A stretch of 64,000 bases of DNA from Octopus vulgaris (taxonomy: Eukaryota), in assembly GCA_951406725.2 (NCBI GenBank), contig OX597817.1:128030001-128094000 (forward strand). The letters are read 5' to 3'. Both the position numbers and the translations under genes were made by a program. Each line of letters opens with the position of its first letter. Position 1 is the first letter of the stretch. A model generated the notes under the pieces. The model did no database searches, had not been told where the DNA came from, and worked only from the letters and a program-made list of their open reading frames with translations. Positions 53,582-64,000 of the stretch are shown piece by piece.

Positions 53582-54695
53582 CTTTTGAATGCTGTGTGTA
53601 GCAGCTGAAGCAACTACTTAGGGAATCGTTTTTTGGCGGTTTGAACTCGTCCCGCAATAGTTGAGAAGCGTTCTGGCATTTCTCAGACGATCGAGATGAG
53701 CACACTGTTATGATAAAGTTCAGTCGTTTAAATCGACTGCAGTTTATGCCTAGTATTTATTGACTCCATTTCGAAAGCAACGATAAATGCTGTTTCAAAA
53801 TACTTTGTCTTCGTACATCAGAGAGTAAGTTCTAACGATTTGGTTAATTTCTTAATAGCTGTTACAAAAATATGGATGTGTACGCGAATACATATAAAAA
53901 AACAACTATCAGCTACACTTTCATAAATACTCATTCGTAGCCTAATGCCGCTTGTGAATGGGGCGCGGTCAATTATATCAAATCCAGTACTTGTCTTGTA
54001 CTTTATTTTCTCGATCTTCTGAAGGTGAATAGCAAAAAGTTCTTCGGTTGGATTTCGTTTAGTGCATGTTTCAAAAATGAAGTTTTATTTTATTTTTCGA
54101 AAATATGTAATTACGACCAGAATTTTAATTTCGATTGCTCTAATTTAATTAAATTTTAAAGACAATTTGAATACTTCTAAATTTCTTTACACTTCGTTGT
54201 TTGTACTGAATATTGTTAATTCTATACATCTTAAAACAAAAGCATCCAAGGCCTCTTGATTTATATAAAATTATATATATAATTTTAAGTTATTTTTTAC
54301 AAAATTTCTAGAAAAGAAAAGAAGAATGTTATACCAGTAAGTGTTTCTCCTATCTGCCTGTTTTATCGTTATCTTAGTGACGTTTGCCTTGACTCATACT
54401 ACATCCACATAGGCACTCTTGACTCACTCGTCTCTCCTTTCGTCACCGAAAAAAGAACCCACTACGTTACCGCCATCCTCCACAGTTTCGTACCTCTGGA
54501 GATTATATTATTAACAGAAACGGTAGAGTATTGTTAAATGACTTCCAATTTAAATGAATTAAATCTAGATACAATGTAAAAGCCTTGCATTTAAGTTTGC
54601 ATTTAACTATAGTAGAATTCAATTTTCATTCATGCTGTTTACAGTCTTGGGAATAATTTACGAGTGATCTGTTGGAGCAAATTTAATGTACTATA

Positions 54696-54926
54696 CTCTC
54701 TTTTACTTATTTCAGTCATTTGACTGTGGTCATGCTGGAGCACCGCCTTTAGTCGAGCAAATCGACCCCAGGACTTATTCTTTCTAAGCCTAGTACTTAT
54801 TCTATCGGTCTGTTTTGCCGAACCGCTAAGTTACGGGATGTAAACACACTAGCATCGGTTGTCAAGCGATGTCGGAGGGACAAACAGACACACAAGCATA
54901 TATACACACACATACATACATATACA

Positions 54927-54981
<55 letters not shown>

Positions 54982-56184
54982 TACTTGGAAAAGAAGAAAC
55001 GAAACGAAAAATCGAATCGAATCGAATCGACGCGAGGGCGCTCAGTCATACAATAGTGTAATAAATAAAATATATGCATACATACATACATACATACATA
55101 TATATGTACGTACCTACATCTACATGTATATATACATGCATATATAAATATATATACGTGAGTACAGGACACCACAAATAGACGTAGAACTCAACGAGAA
55201 ACAAAAACGTAAAAACAAGCATGGAACGGACCTTTTTTAACAACGAAAAAACAGAGTACAAGACAAACTATACAAGGAAACATCCCCTTCATCAGCTGTC
55301 CCTAGTTCAACTCCAGCGTGTTTCGAAGTTGAGGACAGAACACGACTCGTCGAACTAGCCCTTCCTGCGAAAGAATTAAATAAAATTACTTCGCAGAGGG
55401 GTAAAAACAAGGAAAGAAAAAAATGTGACACAAACAGGACGTAAAAACGTTACAAATAAAATTACAAAGTAAAATACAGAATAAAATACAAAATAAAAAT
55501 ACAATTACAAAAAAATTCAATACAAGAAATAAAAACAAACAAGAAAACAAACAAAGAGGGCCTTTTTTGGCCTAGACGAGGAGAGATTCGAAGAGCGCAA
55601 GAAAAACCGTTCGTTTATAGTAAGGAGGCCGCAGGCGAAAGGAAGTATCGGCCGGCTGAGAGAGATGAGGAGAAGTGAGAGAGAGAGAGAGATAGAGGAA
55701 GACAAGCGGATGTGAGAGAAATGAGGAGGAGAGAGAGAGAGAGGGAGAGAGAGAGAAAGAAGGGAAGGTCAAGCAAAGAGTTATAGAGTTTCGCGTCATA
55801 ATTATATATAAAACTGTACTTGGAGAAGAAGAAACGAAACGAAACGAATCGAATCGAATCGACGCGAGGGCGCTCAGTCATACAATAGTGTAATAAATAA
55901 AATACATGCATACATACATACATACATATATGTACATACCTACATCTACATGTATATATACATGCATATATAAATATATATACGTGAGTATATATATATA
56001 ATATATATATACACATATATACAACAGGCTTCTTTCAGTTTTCGTCTACCAAATCCACTCACAAGGCTTTGGTCGGCCCGAGGCTATAGTAGAAACACTT
56101 GCCCAAGGTGCCACGCAGTGGGACTGAACCCGGAACCATGCGGTTCATGAGCAAGCTACTTACCACACAGCCACTCCTACGCCT
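54696..56184 (-). mobile_element. SINE family B copy split by a 1-kb insertion in its internal (TA)n
   Basis: Tail at 54696-54900 and head/CORE at 56020-56184 are collinear on the minus strand. Confidence 0.85.
54976..55990. mobile_element. Partial-tandem element with 180-190-bp direct terminal repeats
   Basis: 54976-55164 is nearly identical to 55811-55990 (period 835 bp). The interior is non-coding and both flanks are (TA)n. Confidence 0.75.
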
Positions 56185-58957
56185 ATAGGAGAGTTCATAA
56201 ACAAGGTCAATAACTGCAATAGCCGTAAGATTGTTGGAGCTAATATTTTAGGGCCTTAAGCTTCGCCTGAAAACAAATAAATTGTATTCTCGCGTAGGTT
56301 GTAGGCAAGTAAATTTTGGTCATGCTGTCCGTCTTAAAATGTGTGTTACTTGTGTCAGTGGAGAATAAAAGTTCATAAATAGTAATACCTTACAAAGATA
56401 ATTGATGTTGATGTACAATACAGGCTCAATTCTAACTGACTTATGTAAAGCTATTTCAACTGGCTGCATTTTTCTCAGACATTATTGCAGAAACGTCAAT
56501 GGACTATATTCCCCCCATCTTAAAAATTTGCATGGACTTATGCCAATGTACCTAATCAATAGTCATGTCTAGAGCAGAATCAATTACAACTGTGTCTAAA
56601 GTAAAGTCATTTCACCTGAGTGTATTCTCAGACATCACTAATTTGAACTCTGATATAGTTTTCATGTTTCTCCCGCAGGGAATCCATGCACAGCAGTAAT
56701 TCATTCATACAAGATTGTTTGAGGTATAGAAAAAGCAACAACAAAAGAAAGACAAATAAAAAATACCGCAATTTTCATCTATTTTTCTATTTATTCCCAT
56801 TGAATTGCTTTCTTCGAACACAATGTTGTTTTTCCTTTACAGCTTGGCAAGTGTTGTGATCTGAAAATTGGTTCCCTGATTACAGAAGCTGTTGTGTTTT
56901 AGAAGAGACATATCTGCCAATAATCTAAGACACTTATTTATATTATTTAATTATTTATTCTTTTGAAATCTTTTGGCTACGCTCCCGCAAGTATTACTGC
57001 TAGCTCTGGTGTTTTCTGTGACAATACTTGTCTCAAGCAGCAATAACTAACAAGAAGGAACCTTAAAATGGTTTTACTCAAATATCAGAGGCAAAAGCAG
57101 AAAATGGAAACAGCGAGTTATCAATAAAAAAACCACACTATGGACAGCGACGCCATTTCAATATTGCCAAGCTGTGGACGTTGGCTGTTGTTTCCGTTCC
57201 AGAACTGAAATTAACCCCAATGGTTAAAAAGAGGTTAAGTTTCATAGATACACGTCATATACAATGTAATCATGAATATTTACTTAGTGATTCTATCATA
57301 ATTTCTTTGATAAATGCATTGAATCTTATGATTCGTTGAAGAAGTCTAATGCCTCAAAAGCATGTGCGGAGTTGTATATCGCACTTAATAAGATGATTTA
57401 AATAATCTTAACCATCAAGCTTATGTTTTTAAAGAACTGCATTATTATTCCTAATTATGTTCGTGAAGTTCCCTACGTTAGATGTATTAACATCAGATAT
57501 GATAACACTTAACGTGACTATTTTAAACTTCTTTGAAGCACTCTCGAATCTTACAGAATGTAGAAGAGTGAATAAGGAAAATTCTCACCATCTCAATGAA
57601 ACTGGCGATGTAAGAGGAGGAGATAAGTTAAGAGCAAGATTCTGTCCCAATATTGCAAACTCGGAGGACTAGAAAGAACATCCTACTCGCAACACCACTT
57701 CTTGAATCTGAATTTTTGCCAAGTCTTTCAGATTATCTCGTTTTGACGTAGTCGCTTGACCAAGTAGAACAGAACCGAAATAATCACTGAAATATTCCCA
57801 CTATCGTACCAAAAGAAAAGAGTACACACGACTTTATAATTCAAAATTTCCGAAAGAAAAGGGAGCATGATCATCGTTTAGTTTGAAAGCCTTTCATCAT
57901 GTGTCGGACTTGCCTGGAACTAAACAACTGCGATTGACGTTTTTGTCGTCTTGAGTAAACAAAAGCCCCAGTTTTTAGAGATGCCTTTATCATGACCAGG
58001 AATTGATTGTGATCGTGAAATCAAAATGGAAAGAGCTAAAAGGAATCAATATTGGTTTTACGATTTAGTTGATTGGGAAATCTGCTTTATACTCTACTGC
58101 AATCGTTATCAATGGTTTTAGAGTTTAACATTTAAAAGTTTCTATAGCAAATTGTTTTGTACATTTTTTTATTCCATACAATCATATCACCGTAAACTGT
58201 ATGAAAACACATACTTTTGAGAATGCCAAGAGCCCATGTTGGTCAGTATCTTAAAAATATTCAGTTGATTGCATCGCTCCCTGTAATTTTATTATTACGC
58301 CTAGTACTCAGTTAAGCTCTCTCTAGGAGATGCACCACTTGGTTACGGTAGTGGAAAAAGACACTCTTTTTTTACGTTGATACACAGCATTCAAATGTCC
58401 CATATATCAACGTTTACGGCCTTAAAAAACGAAGGACATTGTGAAATAGAGTCCAAAATACACAATGTCTGAATAAAAAACAAGATGGATGAAATGGAAT
58501 GCTTCTCATTACAGACGACATTACCAACAACAATAAAACAACCATTATTTCTTAAGTAGTGTGGCTAAAGTTGTTGTTATGACAGAATAAGCATTTTCCT
58601 TTCACAGATATGGGAACAATTTATAGATGAGATTTAGAAGAATTCATATTAGTATTTTTCTTTTGTTTTGTTTTACTTTTTGTTAAGATTTCAAAACATT
58701 TTTAAACATTAAATTTCGCCACCACAGGCATGTATGTGCGCGCACACACACACATACACACACACAAACACACACACACACACACATGTGTGTGTTCGTG
58801 GTTGCAACAACGCATATGTAAAATATAAAAGTAATTCTTATTAATTTTACTTTGATATTAACATTATTTTTCTTGCTATTATTCTATTTACTACTATTAT
58901 TATTATTATTATTATTATTGATCTTGTTGTTATTAGGTACTTTTACACACACACACA

Positions 58958-59022
<65 letters not shown>

Positions 59023-59584
59023 GAGTATGTCTGCATGTACATACATAAATATATATTACATACGTATACACACAGATTATCACTACAAATCTGCGTGTTT
59101 ACACTACCGAAAAGTAAATTTTTGACAAAAGGTGTATAAAATAATCACCATTACTTTCATATAACTTCAATATCAATTTTTTTTACAGTCTTGTCTTCCA
59201 TAGAAATTTTTATTATTATTTTCTTTATCGTGTTTAACTTAGGTTATCTCAGGCTATCAAATTTTTACATATCCTCTGTTGTTTTTATTTTTTAAAGTTT
59301 TATTTGCTTTCATTTTGTGTTTTCAAAGATTACTTTTAGGTATTCAAAATTTTAATTTTTTTTATCTTGTACACGATAATGCAAAGACTACTTAAAATGT
59401 TACAAATAATTACGTAGATATGTGCAGTGTGTGTCTGTGTATATACATATGTACATACCCGTGTGTATGTTTATGCTTTTGTATACATGTACACATAAAT
59501 ACACACGCATACAGATGTACATACAAGCATATATATGTGAATACATTCCTATCTGTTTGTGCGTACTTATATGTGTAGGTGCTT

Positions 59585-59680
<96 letters not shown>

Positions 59681-59692
59681 GTACATATATGT

Positions 59693-59910
59693 TTTATCTT
59701 TATCTGTTACTGGTTTCAGCCAGTGACTGAGACCATGCTGGAACACCGCTTTCCGGTGTGATTGGGTTTCTTTTCAGTACGGTTTCTAATGAGTTTGATG
59801 CAGCTGCTTTTCCTTGATGATGTGGGTTCCTCTAGTAACTCAGATAAACATTTGTCAAGAAGCTCTCTGAAGACATCCATATCTACACCTTGCAAAACTA
59901 TGCGGTTATT
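59693..59910 (-). mobile_element. CR1/L2-group LINE extreme 3' end
   Basis: Peptide LQGVDMDVFRELLDKCLSELLEEP..(frameshift)AASNSL followed by the tail gcggtgttccagcatgg..gctgaaaccagtaa. Confidence 0.6.
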
Positions 59911-59994
59911 TGATGCAGTTCTATATTTAAGAGATGAGGAATAATGTACATTATTTACATTTGACGGATATTTGTCCTCCTCTTGTTTGTTGTT

Positions 59995-60040
59995 AACACA
60001 ACGTTTCGGCTGATATACCCTCCAGCCTTCATCAGGTGTC
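59995..60040 (-). ncRNA. Minimal hammerhead ribozyme lacking a helix III loop
   Basis: gacac-CTGATGA-a-ggctgg agggtata tcagcc-GAAACGTT-gtgtt. Stem I is 5 bp, stem II is 5-6 bp and AACGTT is palindromic. Confidence 0.75.
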
Positions 60041-60077
60041 TTAGGGAAATTCCTAAGGTATTTCTCGATATTATTAT

Positions 60078-60127
60078 GGAATCGAACTCGGGGTTAGTAG
60101 CCCGCGCTCTTAACCACTACGCCATAT
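60078..60127 (-). promoter_or_regulatory. tRNA-derived Pol III internal promoter (A and B boxes)
   Basis: taTGGCGTAGTGGttaagagcgcgggctactaaccccgaGTTCGATTCC. It is shortened relative to a real tRNA. Confidence 0.7.
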
Positions 60128-60559
60128 AATCGTGGGTAATTATAGAGTGAATTTTAGGTCTTATAAATCTAATATTTTCCTATCCTTCCTTAATACAGGT
60201 TCCCATATGCTATTCATATTTGCACTCGGTCTGCTTAGGAGACTGTTGTGTCCTTGCATATGTGGTGCTTCTTGTAGTTTTCGTATTTTCCAGTGGTATT
60301 CTCTGTCTATTATTTTACCTTCATCCCACTAACAAAACTCCGTGCTGAGATGCAGCACAGAATTTTGTCAATGAACAGGTCGAGTCACAAAGCGACGAAA
60401 ATATTTTGACAAATTAAATTTAAATGTTGAAGTGATTCTAACGGTTTTTGTGTGTTTCTTAAATGGCTTATAAACACCTTCCACGCTGCAATTGTTTTCG
60501 TTCCGGCACACGATCTCAGATCAAGTTACATGCTATGCAAGTACATCTCTGTAATTTAA

Positions 60560-60639
<80 letters not shown>

Positions 60640-60641
<2 letters not shown>

Positions 60642-60860
60642 CTGGCTGTATGTGTGTGTATTTGTTTGTCTGTGTTTATCGCCCACAATTGTTTGGTAAC
60701 CGATGTTGATGGGTTTACGTCCCCGTAATCTAGCGGTTCTGCAAAACTGGAAGAATAAGTACGGGGCTTACGAAGAATAAGTCCTGGGTCGATTTGTTAG
60801 ACTAAAGGCAGTGCTCCAGCATGGCTGCAGACAAATGACTGAAACAAGTAAAAGAGTAAA

Positions 60861-60900
<40 letters not shown>

Positions 60901-61125
60901 CTTTTTATTATTTATTTTTTGTTAGTTATTTGAATGCGGCCATGCTGGAACACAGGCTTAATGGGTTTTAGTCGAAGAAATTGATCCTAGTACTTAATAT
61001 ATCGCTCTCTGTAGCATGAGCTAAGAGAGATACGGAAAGTAAAACAGAAAAGAAAGTTTCGGAGACATATACACACCAGCATCGGTTGTCAAGCGATGGC
61101 GGGGGGCACAAACACAGACACACAC
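60640..61125. mobile_element. Two SINE family B 3' halves in inverted, tail-to-tail orientation
   Basis: Plus copy 60640-60862 ends gactgaaacaagtaaaagag. The minus copy spans 60915-61125. Confidence 0.65.
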
Positions 61126-61168
61126 ACACACATATATATATATACATACATACATACATCCATGTATA

Positions 61169-61216
<48 letters not shown>

Positions 61217-61406
61217 ACAACTCCACTAGAGTGGACGAAAGCGCCAATATATAATTGATATATGATTAATAAAAACATGCAACATAATAATAAATATCTG
61301 TAAATATAAAACTATCCGGATTTCTGAGTACCTCATTTCTTCTAATATATAATACCTGTACATCATCTCCAAATCTTCAAACACACACACACGCACACAC
61401 ACACAA

Positions 61407-61484
<78 letters not shown>

Positions 61485-61486
<2 letters not shown>

Positions 61487-62114
61487 CTTAATAATCAGAA
61501 TGGAGGCAATCCAAGCGGAAACTAGAGGAACATAATTAATATCCACACTCAAAATCATATATATACTTCTAAATTTATAAACAGATATAAAAGTGCAAAT
61601 ATATAAATATAAAAATACATATAAATAGATAAATATCGATATGATACATAAAACACAGTGAATTTTAGATTGAAAAGTTATATTACATTGGTGTAATAAA
61701 AATTTGAGATGACAAAACTTTAAAAGGACGTACTAAAATACCACGAAAATATTACAAATATTTCAAAAATTCCGTCTACGGGCCTTTTCAGAGACGTGCA
61801 AAATAATATTTCATATTTTTAAATGTAGATGGAATTTTTTAATTTTTGTAATATTTTCGTGGTATTTTAGTACGTCCTTTTAATGTTTTATCATCTCAAA
61901 TTTTTATTACACCAATGTATTATAACTTTTAAATCTAAAATTCACTGTGTTTTCTGCATCATATTGATATTTATCTATTTATATGTATTTTTATATTTAT
62001 ATATTTGGAATTTTTATATCCGTTTATATATATTATATATTTGATTTTGAGTGTGGTTATTAATTATGTTTCTCTTGTTTCCGCTTGGATTGCCTCCATT
62101 CTGATTATTAAGCG
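61485..62114. repeat. Long inverted repeat with arms of about 295 bp and a 45-bp spacer
   Basis: 61485-61779 (cgcttaataatcagaatggaggcaatcc...ttccgtctac) is the reverse complement of 61825-62114 with scattered mismatches. Confidence 0.95.
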
Positions 62115-62248
62115 GATTATAGCTCACTTGGAGCACTACAACTCCAGTTTGTATTTTATTTGTGAGTATTGTTAACATTAGCAATCTCAAAATAAAACAG
62201 TGTAACATATATATACACACACACACACATATATATATACATGCATAC

Positions 62249-62313
<65 letters not shown>

Positions 62314-62327
62314 GTATAAATATATAT

Positions 62328-62379
<52 letters not shown>

Positions 62380-62436
62380 ATACAAATATATATATATATA
62401 TATATCTATACATATACATATATATATATATATATA

Positions 62437-62480
<44 letters not shown>

Positions 62481-63130
62481 CATACATATATGCATACGTA
62501 TATGTACATACTTACATCTACATGGACACGGGACGTCATGAAATGTGTACAGCAAAAAAGTACGAAGCACTAATAAATGGAACATCAACTATTCCTTCGA
62601 ACAACGAAAGGCGCAAATGGAAAACAAAACAAGCGTAATGAATGACCCTCCATCTGTTATTAGCTGTTTCTCTAGTCTCGTATTTCGAGCATTTAACAAC
62701 AATATACGCTGTCGATAAAAGAGTTGCTCCCGAAAAGCAAATTAAATAAAATTTGAGTTTTGCGGAGGGTCAAAATAGGTAACACAACCAGGACAGTGAA
62801 AACAAACAGAAAGGGCTGTTGTGGCGAACGCGTAAATCAAGCTAGGATAGGAGGTTTCTGTCTAGGTACAAAAATTTCAACTATATGTACTCCAACCAAT
62901 ATAACTATTTTCATTAGAAAATTCCACACCTGAATGGATGAAACCGCTTATGTGTAAGTGAAAAAGCTCTAATATGTTTAACATAATATTACATGTTTTC
63001 GTCTCTAATCTGTCTAAAGCGATTACAATAATTCTCTTAACGTTACTGTGCATTTTCACTTGTTTTACATATCACAGCATATATAGAAATCTCTAACTAC
63101 CGTTTACTAAATGCATATTCATAGATAGAT

Positions 63131-63284
<154 letters not shown>

Positions 63285-63301
63285 TAGACAGATACATAGA
63301 T

Positions 63302-63601
63302 TTTTTTTGTTCCTTCTCGAGCCATGCCTTGCTCATAAATGCCGCTTTCCCGGTTTCTTGGCGTATAGGTTCCCCACCTAGACTGGACGCCGGTCCGCCG
63401 CAGATAAGCTGCGAGATGCAAGAGGAAGGAGTGAGAGAAAGTTGTTGCGAAAGAGTCAGCAGAAGTTTGCCATTAACTTCTGCCGGAGCCGCGTGGAGTT
63501 TGGGTGTTTTCCCTCATAAACGCACACATTGCTCGGTCTGAGATCCCGTGATCCCTCGACCGCGAGTCCGCTTCCCTAACCACTAGGCCATGTGCCTCCA
63601 C
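63302..63601 (-). mobile_element. tRNA-derived SINE (family E) inserted in (GATA)n
   Basis: Head gtggaggcacaTGGCCTAGTGGttagg, an A-rich tail, and (GATA)n on both flanks. Confidence 0.75.
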
Positions 63602-63678
<77 letters not shown>

Positions 63679-64000
63679 GCGTTTATTTATCCGTCTAAGT
63701 ATAAAGTAAGACTAAATTTTGCTTCGAGGTTGTTGTTCTATGACGTACATCTGTATCAATCCTAATCATGGTTTTGTATAACCAATATATCTACAAAAAT
63801 GTATTCTATCGTTGTTGTATTCCATAGCTAAATAGATGCTAAATTTAGATCATTTACTAGTGTCATGCATTCAGAAACCTTATCCAACCATATTTCTCAT
63901 TAAATTAAATAATCGTGGATCTTTTTCAATTTTCCTTCAAGTATTTGTAAATGTAGTTTCCATAATAATTTTTATCCCCAAGAATCTCATATATCTTCAT

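Larger units (their letters stand above)
59919..60329 (-). mobile_element. 5'-truncated Penelope-like element with a tRNA-like box and a hammerhead in its 3' region
   Basis: Open frame 60328-60161 reads WDEGKIIDREYHWKIRKLQEAPHMQGHNSLLSRPSANMNSIWEPVLRKDRKILDL*, a PLE GIY-YIG C-terminus pattern, followed by A/B boxes and a hammerhead. Confidence 0.8.

Noticed and set aside
55289-55295. CTGATGA on the minus strand inside the partial-tandem element
   Set aside because: No stem II or GAAA/NUH follows in a hammerhead-compatible arrangement.
60078-60127. Functional tRNA gene
   Set aside because: The variable region is shortened and there is no complete acceptor stem. It is treated as a tRNA-derived promoter cassette.

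Overview
AT-rich, microsatellite-saturated animal genomic DNA. The SINE/LINE repertoire and the (TA)n, (TG)n, (GATA)n and (TAA)n tracts resemble an octopus (coleoid cephalopod) genome, which is an inference. I found no supportable host protein-coding exon, and nearly all long ORFs in the track are simple-repeat artefacts, so the window is probably intronic or intergenic. It contains several tRNA-derived SINE families (one as a 6-unit head-to-tail array), R4/Dong-like RLE retrotransposon fragments packed into a (TAA)n field, Tx1/L1-like and CR1-like LINE pieces, an internally deleted mariner, non-autonomous Helitrons, a Helentron derivative, a U6 snRNA pseudogene and several long fold-back structures. 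The most notable signal is a dispersed set of minimal type-I hammerhead ribozyme motifs: about five near-intact and several decayed, most with a palindromic helix III. Several lie next to Penelope-like element (PLE) remnants. One PLE 3' end reads GIY-YIG C-terminus, then a tRNA-like Pol III promoter, then a hammerhead, and another locus holds a pair of hammerheads in inverted orientation. All family assignments come from motif recognition by eye and need database confirmation.
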